Assembly: GCA_943359365.1 (NCBI GenBank)
Contig: CALRHG010000003.1
Span: forward strand, 1 to 41,773
Direction of reading: 5' to 3'
DNA length: 41,773 nucleotides
Origin: Candidatus Nomurabacteria bacterium
Lineage (GTDB): Bacteria > Patescibacteriota > Minisyncoccia > Phycocordibacterales > UBA9973
Position 1 is the first letter of the stretch; the number at the start of each line of letters is the position of its first letter. Of this stretch, positions 1 to 9,738 are shown one piece after another. A program made the position numbers and the translations under genes. The notes under the pieces are model-generated. The model ran no database searches. It was not told the DNA's origin and saw nothing but the letters and a program-made list of their open reading frames with translations.

Positions 1-65
1 GCAAACCTCTTTTCTTAGTATTAAATGAACCGCAATTCGGACACTTTTTGTGTTTTTTTAGTCAT
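1..65 (-). other. 5' end of a possible zinc-ribbon (transposase-like) gene running off the window; ATG and CxxC are in different frames
   Basis: ATG at 65 gives MTKKTQKVSELRFI*; after an A7 run the +1 frame reads KKHKKCPNCGSFNTKKRGL, open to the window edge. Confidence 0.35.
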
Positions 66-235
66 GGTAGCTAAAATTTAGCACTTCTAGCTATATACAG
101 CAATGATGAAATGGTCAAAACAGGCCGTTGTTTTTGTACCTTATGCCAATTATTGTTAGAATTATCGGCGCACTGAAACCTTTTCGATTATTTTTCATGT
201 TATAACTATACAACTTAAGCAACTATATGTACAGC

Positions 236-2380
236 TTACTTCGCAATCTGGGCAGCTTCGTCGAATTTAACAGAGAGGAGTTTGGAGGCGCCGTTACTGC
301 CTATGGTTACTCCGTAGAGCACGCCGGCGCGGGACATGGTCTCGCGGTTGTGGGTGACGACGACGAGCTGGGAATGCTTGGAAAGTTTTTCCAGCATGTC
401 GCCGTATTTGCGTGAATTTGATTCGTCGAGCGCAGCGTCTGTCTCGTCGAGCACCAGAAACGGCGGCGGGTTGACTTGAGACATGGCAAACAGGAGCGCG
501 ATAGATGTGAGCGAGCGCTCGCCGCCGGAGAGCGCATGCAATTCTTTGACTTTTTTATGCGGAAGTGAGACATTTATTTCTATACCCTGCTCAAAAGCAA
601 TTTCCTTCGTCTCGCCATAGCCTTCGGCGGAGGCGGATTCGTCGAGTCCTTCCAACTCTTCATCTCTTCTTCGCTTCTTACTTTCAACCACGATACTCAA
701 AGTTCCAGTTCCCCCGCCAAACATCAGCGCGAAAAATTCCTGGAATTCTTTATTTATTTTTTTCACGCCTTCCTTAAACTCTATGTCTATTTTTTCTTTC
801 AAGTCCGCGATGAGTTTCTGTAAAGCTTCCATGCTCTTGGCTAGGTCTTCCATTTCTTTCATGAGAAATGCGTCCCGCTCTGAAACTTCTTTGAATTCTT
901 TCATTACCTCTGCACCATTACCCATGCCCGCGTCTTCCAATTTTATCTTCAAGCGCTCAATTTTTCTTTTTTGTTCTTCCGGATTATTTTCTGTATTCCC
1001 TTCCATTTGGTAGTTCTTGTAAGACAATATCTCTTGCCCGATTAGCGCCACGCCTTCTTTGATTTCATTATGGAACGCTTCTTCTCTACTTTTCAAATTA
1101 TTTTCCTTTATACGCACCATCTCCAAAGCAGAAGAAAGCTCCTGCTGCTTGACCTTATGGCTGAATTTCTCTCGCTCCAAGTCGCGCAGGGCTTCCATCT
1201 GCGTATTTATTGCCTTTTTTAGCTCTTCTATCTGATTCGCCAAATCTTTTTCCTTGTTTTGAAAGTCCGCTACTTGCGCCAAAATGCCCGCTTGTGAATT
1301 TTTCAATTCCAGCAATTCTTGCTCGTTATGCTTCTGACTCTCGATCTGTTCTTGGCTCGTATCCCCAAGTTCTTTTCCGCAAGTCGGGCATCTGCCGGAA
1401 ATTTTGACCCTGTTTTGTTTCGCTTCGATCATCCCCTCAATTCGGCCTAGTTTTCGCTCTAGATCCCCTTTCGTGCCACGAATTTCGTTTAACTGCTGTT
1501 CAACTGCTTTCAGCTCTTCAATTTTTTTGTTTCCTTTGCCTGAATTAGCATCTTCAGTGTCAGAAATTTTCGCGGTTACGCTTTTTAACTCTTCAGAAAT
1601 TTTGTGTTTTTCTTTAGATAAATTCTTTTTTTCATTCTCTAAATAGATACTTTCCTTTTTTAAGTACTCTCGGTAAAGTGTCGCCAATTCCATTTGCATT
1701 TCTTTAGCTTTTTCAAATTTCTCTACCTGTTTCTTGAGAAAATTAAGATGTGGCGCATTTTCTCGGCGGAGCATCGTCACCTCTTTCATATTTTCCTCCG
1801 TACGCTCCAGCTTCCTCGTGCTGTCTTTTATTTTGTACTGATAAATTTTTAATCCCAGCGCGTCTTCCACCATTTCCTTTCTGTCTTTTGGATTGGCATT
1901 CAAAATCCTGTCCGCCTCGCCCTGCGAAATAATATGGTGCCCCGAGGAGCCGATATTGACCGATGCCAGAAGATTATGAATATCTCGGAGTCTAACATCC
2001 GTATTATTTAAACTATATTTATTTAATCCGTCCGAAAAAACTTCGCGGGAAATGCTGATTGCGTCATAATTTAAATTTATATTTTCGCCTCCGTCGTTTT
2101 CCAGCTTGAAAATTTTGTCGGCATTATTGAAATGAATCGTGACGCTCGCGCGCGAGCCCTTGGGTAAATTCTTTGATCCTTTAAAAATCATGTCTGAACC
2201 GGATTTTCCACGCATAGATTTCATCGACTGCTCGCCCAAGACGTACCGAAAAGCTTCTACCACATTGGATTTGCCGGAGCCGTTCGGGCCCACCACGCAA
2301 ACGATGGGGCTCTCAAACTCCAAAACAGTCTTTTGAGCAAAAGACTTAAAGCCGTTTAATTCCAATGTTTTCAGCCGCAT
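236..2380 (-). CDS. smc: Short SMC-family chromosome segregation ATPase (714 aa) with central CPTC motif
   Basis: N-terminal GFKSF and GPNGSGKSN Walker A; C-terminal LSGGE signature and LDETDAALD Walker B/D-loop; coiled coils between. Confidence 0.9.
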   Translation of the reverse strand: MRLKTLELNGFKSFAQKTVLEFESPIVCVVGPNGSGKSNVVEAFRYVLGEQSMKSMRGKSGSDMIFKGSKNLPKGSRASVTIHFNNADKIFKLENDGGENINLNYDAISISREVFSDGLNKYSLNNTDVRLRDIHNLLASVNIGSSGHHIISQGEADRILNANPKDRKEMVEDALGLKIYQYKIKDSTRKLERTEENMKEVTMLRRENAPHLNFLKKQVEKFEKAKEMQMELATLYREYLKKESIYLENEKKNLSKEKHKISEELKSVTAKISDTEDANSGKGNKKIEELKAVEQQLNEIRGTKGDLERKLGRIEGMIEAKQNRVKISGRCPTCGKELGDTSQEQIESQKHNEQELLELKNSQAGILAQVADFQNKEKDLANQIEELKKAINTQMEALRDLEREKFSHKVKQQELSSALEMVRIKENNLKSREEAFHNEIKEGVALIGQEILSYKNYQMEGNTENNPEEQKRKIERLKIKLEDAGMGNGAEVMKEFKEVSERDAFLMKEMEDLAKSMEALQKLIADLKEKIDIEFKEGVKKINKEFQEFFALMFGGGTGTLSIVVESKKRRRDEELEGLDESASAEGYGETKEIAFEQGIEINVSLPHKKVKELHALSGGERSLTSIALLFAMSQVNPPPFLVLDETDAALDESNSRKYGDMLEKLSKHSQLVVVTHNRETMSRAGVLYGVTIGSNGASKLLSVKFDEAAQIAK

Positions 2381-2421
2381 ACCGAACTATTATAGCAGTA
2401 AATTAAAAGCAAAAATAGTGA

Positions 2422-3117
2422 CTAGTCCAGCCAATTTTTGGCTTTGAGGGCGGCTAGGGCGGCGGATTGTTCGGCTTCTTGCTTGGACTGTCCTTTGCCT
2501 TCGGCTATCAGGCTCGGCCCGAAATAAATACCAACAGTAAAATTTTTGTCGTGGTCGGGACCGGATTCTTTCAGAACTTTGTAGGCGGGCGTAAAGTTGA
2601 CGAACTCCTGCGCTTTTTCCTGCACTAAAGATTTAGCGTCGCGCCATAATTTTTTGGAAACTATTTCTTCCGTTTTTGGAAGCAAATTTTTGTGTATAAA
2701 TTTTTCCGCCGCTTCTATGCCTTGATCAAGAAAAAGTGCGCCGACGTATGCTTCGTATGTATTCGCTAAAATATACTGCCTAGCCTTGCCGTTGTCTTTT
2801 GCCTCGCCTTTGGATAAAAGCAGGTAATCATTCATGCCAATCTTGGTCGCAACTTCGGAAATAATCACTGCATTCACGAGAGCTGAGCGCAACGCAGTTA
2901 ATTCCCCTTCCGTATAAGTCGGATATTTTTTATATAAAAAGTCGGTGACGATAAGCTCCAGCACCGCGTCGCCCAAGAATTCTAGACGTTCGTTGTGCGA
3001 CAATTTAGTCGTGGGATTTTCATTTATATAGGAACGATGAATAAAAGCCTGCTCTAAAAGGCTTTTATCTTTAAAGATTATTTTTGTTTTTTTCTCGAAG
3101 TTTGAAAAATTTATCAT
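2422..3117 (-). CDS. rnc: Ribonuclease III
   Basis: HNERLEFLGDAVL signature; C-terminal dsRBD (GPDHDK, GKGQSKQEAEQSAA). Confidence 0.97.
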   Translation of the reverse strand: MINFSNFEKKTKIIFKDKSLLEQAFIHRSYINENPTTKLSHNERLEFLGDAVLELIVTDFLYKKYPTYTEGELTALRSALVNAVIISEVATKIGMNDYLLLSKGEAKDNGKARQYILANTYEAYVGALFLDQGIEAAEKFIHKNLLPKTEEIVSKKLWRDAKSLVQEKAQEFVNFTPAYKVLKESGPDHDKNFTVGIYFGPSLIAEGKGQSKQEAEQSAALAALKAKNWLD

Positions 3118-3126
3118 ATATTTACT

Positions 3127-4074
3127 TTATAACTTTTTACTACTAGTTATTTCTACAGCTTTGGCAATCAGCGGAATAATGTCGTTATAAATTCGGAGCT
3201 CTGGAACCTCTGCCATCTCAAACCATCGCGCCCCGTCGAGCCCGCCGGACTTTTCGAGCTCTAGCTCTTTATACTCGCTATGGGCTAAAAAGTAAATCAC
3301 TTTCTTTAAACTCTTGTCCTTTTCCGGATGCGTCGCGACATATTCATTTGTTCCGAGTTGCTCTTCTATCTTTACATCAAGTCCGATTTCTTTTTTGAGC
3401 GCCTTCACTGTGCCTTCTTTGAGATCGCCTCCCGCTTCAATCTTTCCTTTTGAAAGGGTCCAATAACCAAAAACATCGTGCACGAAAGCAAATAGAATAT
3501 TGTTATCTTTTTTTGCATAAACTAGCGCCCCGCCCAGATTTTCCACCGGCAATTTTGAAATATCCACCGGCTCCTTGGGTTCTTTTGGATTGATAGAATT
3601 TTTCTTTTTTTCTGTTGTTTTTTGGTGTTCTTTATCCGGCTCACCAATCTCTTTATATACCGCCCCCAGCACACCGTTCACGAACTTGCCGGAATTTTCC
3701 CCGCCGAAGGTTTTCGCGAGCTCAATCGCTTCATTTATCGCCACTTTCGGAGGGACTTGCGAACGGTCGCCGAAAAGGAGCTCAGTGAGCCCGATGCGTA
3801 AAATATTTCTGTCTACGATGGAAATCTTATCTATCGGCCAGTCAGGTGCCGCTTTTTCTATAATTTTATCAATCGTAGAGTGTTTCTTCAAAACATCACC
3901 CAAAAGTTTCAGCACAAAATTATCGTCCTCGAGTCCGGGGGCGAATTCTTTTAAATTTCTGTCGAGAACTTTTTTAAGATTTTCATCTATTGTCGTGCTC
4001 TTTTTAGTAGGTGAGAAATCCCACTCAAAAAGCGTCTGGAGCACTATTGATCTTGAAAGGTGCCTGTTAGCCAT
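3127..4074 (-). CDS. nusB: Transcription antitermination factor NusB fused to a degenerate Nudix-like domain
   Basis: MANRHLSR, DRNILRIG, KVAINEAIELAKTFGG, FVNGVLG; C-terminal WTLSKGKIE...KKEIGL. Start moved from 4095 to the ATG at 4074. Confidence 0.88.
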   Translation of the reverse strand: MANRHLSRSIVLQTLFEWDFSPTKKSTTIDENLKKVLDRNLKEFAPGLEDDNFVLKLLGDVLKKHSTIDKIIEKAAPDWPIDKISIVDRNILRIGLTELLFGDRSQVPPKVAINEAIELAKTFGGENSGKFVNGVLGAVYKEIGEPDKEHQKTTEKKKNSINPKEPKEPVDISKLPVENLGGALVYAKKDNNILFAFVHDVFGYWTLSKGKIEAGGDLKEGTVKALKKEIGLDVKIEEQLGTNEYVATHPEKDKSLKKVIYFLAHSEYKELELEKSGGLDGARWFEMAEVPELRIYNDIIPLIAKAVEITSSKKL

Positions 4075-4096
4075 AAAACTAATATAAAATTGCAAA

Positions 4097-4327
4097 TTAC
4101 TTCTTCTCTTCCGCTTTCTTTGCCTTTGCTTTCTTTTGTTTCTTTTCGGTCTTTTTGACTAGGTCAAGGACTTTATTGCCTCGGTAAAAACCGCAGGCGG
4201 AGCAGACTGTGTGGCGTCTTTTCAGGGCTTTGCAATTTTCGCACTTTGAAAAACTCGTACTCGCCAAAGCGTGGTGAGAACGGCGGTTTCCTGTATGCGA
4301 TCTTGTGCTTCTCATTCGTACTACCAT
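4097..4327 (-). CDS. rpmF: 50S ribosomal protein L32
   Basis: RRSHHAL, CENC...RRHTVCSACGFYRG zinc ribbon. Confidence 0.93.
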   Translation of the reverse strand: MVVRMRSTRSHTGNRRSHHALASTSFSKCENCKALKRRHTVCSACGFYRGNKVLDLVKKTEKKQKKAKAKKAEEKK

Positions 4328-4400
4328 AGTGTTTTTATACTAGCATATTAAAGCCGAAAAGCAATTTTTAAATAAAAAATAGTATGTTATGATACAAAAC

Positions 4401-6149
4401 ATGGAAAAAGCGGATAAATTGAGCAATATTAGGCATACATTAGCGCACCTATTAGCAGCTTCAGTTCGCGAGCTTTATCCGGGTGCGCAGAATGCCATAG
4501 GCCCCGCAGTAGACGACGGCTTTTATCAAGATTTTGGTTTGCCTAGCCCTATCTCCCTAGAAAATCTGCCAAAAATAGAAAAGAAGATGCGGGAACTTTT
4601 GAAGACATGGAAAGAATTTGAGAAAAAAGATGTTACTCCAGAAGAAGCGAAAAAAGAATTTGCGTGGAATCCTTACAAAGTTGAACTAATCGAAGAATTC
4701 GCCAAAGAAGGCAAAAATCTGACATTCTACACATCGGGCGGTTTCGTCGACCTTTGCAAAGGCGGACATTTAGAAAAACCAAACAAAGAACTGCCTGCTG
4801 ATGCTTTCAAGCTCGACCGTGTAGCCGGAGCCTACTGGCGCGGAGATGAGAAAAACAAAATGCTCACTCGCATTTACGGACTGGCATTTGAAACAAAGGA
4901 AGAGCTAGAAAAACATATTAATCAGCGTGAAGAAGCAAAAAAAAGAGACCACAGAAAAATTGGGCGTGAATTGGACTTGTTTGTTTTTTCAGAACTAGTC
5001 GGCGTAGGCATGCCGCTTTTTACGCCGAAAGGAAATGTTGTGAGAGAGCAAATAATCGGTTTTTCCCGTGAATTAAATAATGAACTTGGTTTCGGCGAAG
5101 TGCATACTCCAAACATAAACAAGGGAGAATTATTTAAAATTTCGGGACATTATGAAAAATACAAAGAAGATATGCTCTCCGTCAGTTCTCAATATGTATC
5201 TGATGAAATGTTTTTGAAGCCAATGAACTGTCCTCAGCACACTCAAATTTTCGCTTCACAGCCGAGAAGTTACCGAGATTTGCCGATTCGATATTCAGAT
5301 TTTGCCGTACTATATAGAGACGAAAGGCCTGGAGAAATGTCGGGCTTGACAAGGCTTCGTTCTTTTTCGCAAGACGACGGACATACATTTTGCCGCGAGG
5401 ATCAGATAAAAGAAGAAATAAGCAGCATATTGTCTGCCGTACAGAAAGCGCTTAAAACATACAAAATCGATTATTGGATGCGTTTGTCTCTACGCGACCC
5501 GAATAAAAAAGAAAAATATCTGGGAGATGACAGCGTTTGGGAAAAATCTCAGGCAATCATGAGAGAATTGCTCAAAGAAAAAAATATTAAAAACAAAGAA
5601 GCAGAAGGTGAAGCTGCATTTTACGGGCCGAAAATAGATATTATGGCTGTGGACGCCATCGGCCGCGAATGGCAGATATCGACAGTTCAACTCGACTTCA
5701 ATCAGCCTTCACGCTTCAAATTGGAATACACTGCCGATGATGGAACAAAAAAAACTCCCGTCATGATACACCGCGCGCTTATCGGCTCTCCAGACAGGTT
5801 TCTAGGAATCTTGATAGAGCACTACGCTGGAGCTTTCCCTCTCTGGCTCGCTCCGGTGCAGGTGAAAATTATTCCTGTGCGCGAAAACCACAACGAATAC
5901 GCGAAAGGAATTTTTGAATTCCTGAAAGAAAATAATGTTCGGGCAGAATTTGATGACAAAGACGGAAACCTTGGCGGAAAAGTCCGTGATGCGAAAAATA
6001 ATAAAATCCCCTACTGGATAGTCATCGGCGACAAAGAAATAGAAGTCAAAAAAGTTACCCTAGAATCCCGCGACTCCGGCAACCTCGGGCAAATTTCGAA
6101 AGAAGATTTGATTGCAAAACTTTTAGAAGAAATAAAAAACAAGAAATAA
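4401..6149 (+). CDS. thrS: Threonyl-tRNA synthetase, apparently without the N-terminal TGS domain
   Basis: RHTLAHLLA, DLCKGGH, AGAYWRGD, RDHRKIG, LKPMNCP, AFYGPKID. Start at 4401 preferred (TG-n-TATGAT 7 nt upstream); ORF track starts 4389. Confidence 0.96.
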   Translation: MEKADKLSNIRHTLAHLLAASVRELYPGAQNAIGPAVDDGFYQDFGLPSPISLENLPKIEKKMRELLKTWKEFEKKDVTPEEAKKEFAWNPYKVELIEEFAKEGKNLTFYTSGGFVDLCKGGHLEKPNKELPADAFKLDRVAGAYWRGDEKNKMLTRIYGLAFETKEELEKHINQREEAKKRDHRKIGRELDLFVFSELVGVGMPLFTPKGNVVREQIIGFSRELNNELGFGEVHTPNINKGELFKISGHYEKYKEDMLSVSSQYVSDEMFLKPMNCPQHTQIFASQPRSYRDLPIRYSDFAVLYRDERPGEMSGLTRLRSFSQDDGHTFCREDQIKEEISSILSAVQKALKTYKIDYWMRLSLRDPNKKEKYLGDDSVWEKSQAIMRELLKEKNIKNKEAEGEAAFYGPKIDIMAVDAIGREWQISTVQLDFNQPSRFKLEYTADDGTKKTPVMIHRALIGSPDRFLGILIEHYAGAFPLWLAPVQVKIIPVRENHNEYAKGIFEFLKENNVRAEFDDKDGNLGGKVRDAKNNKIPYWIVIGDKEIEVKKVTLESRDSGNLGQISKEDLIAKLLEEIKNKK

Positions 6150-6662
6150 TTATAGTAAATGGGGATGAAATTCTTTTACAACAAAGTGAAAAGCTTCTCC
6201 AAAATCTTTTGGGTGGTCTTTTAATTCTTTTTTGAGTTCGTCTACTGTAAAGTATCTGCAACTTTCTACTTCGTGATTCAATACTGGCTTTTCGTCGGAA
6301 AATACTTTATACATTATAAAATAATGATTCTCTTTCCTGCCGATAACTTCTCTGTTGTAAATTACTTTGCCCATAAATTCGTATTTGAAATCTTTCAGCC
6401 CAAGTTCTTCCAAGGTTTCTCTCTTTAAGGCATCAATATCATCTTCCCCGGCCGAAACATGCCCGCCCATAGGAGAAACATATTGCCCGGCATCTTGCCT
6501 GTCCGGCGCTTGTTTTACCAACAACCAGCGGTTTTTGCTATCAACAACTTGAGCTATTACGCACTTATGAAGCAAGCCTTCTGTGTGTGCATCTTTCTTT
6601 AAAGCAACTTTTATAAAATTACAATTTTCATCAACTATATCTACTTTTTCATCTATAGACAT
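6150..6662 (-). CDS. Nudix hydrolase (IPP-isomerase-like subfamily)
   Basis: GGHVSAGEDDIDALKRETLEELG Nudix box; AH.EGLLH N-terminal motif. Confidence 0.85.
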   Translation of the reverse strand: MSIDEKVDIVDENCNFIKVALKKDAHTEGLLHKCVIAQVVDSKNRWLLVKQAPDRQDAGQYVSPMGGHVSAGEDDIDALKRETLEELGLKDFKYEFMGKVIYNREVIGRKENHYFIMYKVFSDEKPVLNHEVESCRYFTVDELKKELKDHPKDFGEAFHFVVKEFHPHLL

Positions 6663-6679
6663 ATTGGATTTAATGCTTC

Positions 6680-8785
<2,106 letters not shown>

Positions 8786-8834
8786 TTACATTGGCTAGCG
8801 CAAAAACTCTCAAATATCCTTATTTTTGGCAACT

Positions 8835-8876
8835 AAAAAAGCCAGCGCAGTCCTTCCGGAGCAACGCTGGTCTTTT
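8835..8876 (-). terminator. Rho-independent terminator upstream of gyrB
   Basis: Minus strand CCAGCG-TTGC-TCC GGAA GGA-CTG-CGCTGG followed by C-TTTTTT; a small hairpin CGAGCA/TGCTCG (8882-8900) precedes it. Confidence 0.75.
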
Positions 8877-8908
8877 CGATTCGAGCAGATAAGGTGCTCG
8901 CTCCTTCA

Positions 8909-9013
8909 TTAGAGCCCGTCTCGAGCATCCGTAAATGCGGAACTCTGGGAATGAGCTTTGTTGAACTTAGCGATGCGCTTGCGCGCATTTTGTAAGAACT
9001 TATTTGATTTCAT
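8909..9013 (-). CDS. Possible 34-aa basic small protein MKSNKFLQNARKRIAKFNKAHSQSSAFTDARDGL
   Basis: ATG overlaps the end of the upstream ORF, ends TAA TGA just before the terminator; below the ORF-track cutoff. Confidence 0.35.
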   Translation of the reverse strand: MKSNKFLQNARKRIAKFNKAHSQSSAFTDARDGL

Positions 9014-9323
9014 GATTTTCTTGCTCGATTTCCGCTGGCATCGACTCCTCTAGGCACTTCATAACACCCACATAAGCTTCATGGGTAATAAGGCATTGCC
9101 TAAATGCTTCCTCTAAAGCTTCGTTGACATTCGTCATGTTCTGCCCATCGAAGTCTTCTGACCCTTTGAATCTGACCTCTTTCTGATCCGCTAAAGAAAC
9201 ATGGACTCGGCCACTAGAGTACGAAATTTGAATCGTGGCTATGTGAAGTTCCTTTTTTGTAAGCAGCTCAATAATTTCCGGTTTTAACACACATTCCTCC
9301 ATTATTAGATTTTCAACGACCAT
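9000..9323 (-). CDS. Hypothetical acidic protein (107 aa)
   Basis: ORF track 9000-9329; SD-like GAGGTG 5 nt before ATG at 9323; flanked by a structured leader and a terminator. No family recognised. Confidence 0.65.
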   Translation of the reverse strand: MVVENLIMEECVLKPEIIELLTKKELHIATIQISYSSGRVHVSLADQKEVRFKGSEDFDGQNMTNVNEALEEAFRQCLITHEAYVGVMKCLEESMPAEIEQENHEIK

Positions 9324-9407
9324 ATCCACACCTCGAACAATTCGAGGCTGGTGGATATGTTTCTAGTGTTTCTTGGAGACTACAAACGCATTCAGCAACC
9401 TCAAATT
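9321..9407 (-). promoter_or_regulatory. Translational switch: RBS-sequestering hairpin (9321-9359) and competing anti-sequestrator (9384-9407 with 9339-9362)
   Basis: CATATCCAC/GTGGATATG plus CCTCGAA/TTCGAGG stem covers SD and AUG; the upstream 24-mer can pair with the 5' arm at 21 of 24 positions including G-U. Confidence 0.75.
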
Positions 9408-9464
9408 ATTTTGGGTAAGGAGGAGGCCAAGGAGGTTATTAAATTTTAAGTTTATATTTTTCAT
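9363..9464 (-). CDS. Leu-rich leader peptide 2, MKNINLKFNNLLGLLLTQNNLRLLNAFVVSKKH
   Basis: Manual translation: 9 of 33 residues Leu, core CTC CTT GGC CTC CTC CTT; stops next to the RBS hairpin. Confidence 0.6.
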   Translation of the reverse strand: MKNINLKFNNLLGLLLTQNNLRLLNAFVVSKKH

Positions 9465-9477
9465 GTTGTTTTTAAGT

Positions 9478-9516
9478 AAAAAGAAGAAAACCAGCCCTTG
9501 GAAGGCTGGTTTTCTT
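9478..9516 (-). terminator. Attenuator-type intrinsic terminator
   Basis: 13-bp perfect stem AAGAAAACCAGCC/GGCTGGTTTTCTT followed by CTTTTT; 5' arm also complementary to 9541-9562. Confidence 0.85.
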
Positions 9517-9564
9517 TGTAAGTGTTTGTTTTAAGTGTTTTTACAGCGAAATATCAGCCTTCAA

Positions 9565-9621
9565 TTATTTGAGGCTGAGGAGGAGGGCTCCAGTATTAAT
9601 TTGCTGTGTTTTTTGCTTCAC
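9565..9621 (-). CDS. Leu-rich leader peptide 1, MKQKTQQINTGALLLSLK (GTG start, apparently leaderless)
   Basis: CTC CTC CTC AGC CTC AAA TAA overlaps segment 1 of a 1:2/2:3/3:4 structure; GTG is 6 nt after the -10. Confidence 0.62.
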   Translation of the reverse strand: MKQKTQQINTGALLLSLK

Positions 9622-9627
9622 GATTAG

Positions 9628-9672
9628 ATAATAGCATTTACCGAAAAATTGTAAATACATAAATGTGGAAAA
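9628..9672 (-). promoter_or_regulatory. Sigma70-type promoter with upstream DnaA-box-like site
   Basis: TTTACA (9655-9650), 16 bp spacer ending TGC, TATTAT (9633-9628); TTTTCCACA at 9672-9664. Confidence 0.6.
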
Positions 9673-9738
9673 CCATTCCTATCTAATTTTCTAGCATATG
9701 CGGAAATCTTAGATAAGCATTATTTATAGAAATAAAAT

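Noticed and set aside
2691-2699. DnaA-box match TGTGTATAA inside rnc
   Set aside because: Lies in coding sequence (FIHK) with no adjacent promoter; likely chance.
9415-9590. Plus-strand AGGAGG runs as ribosome-binding sites
   Set aside because: No suitably spaced ATG follows; they are the complement of the CTC/CTT Leu runs. An anti-SD sRNA role is not excluded.
9330-9640. T-box or Phe attenuator for pheST
   Set aside because: Region is downstream of pheT, control codons are Leu, and I saw no T-box consensus.
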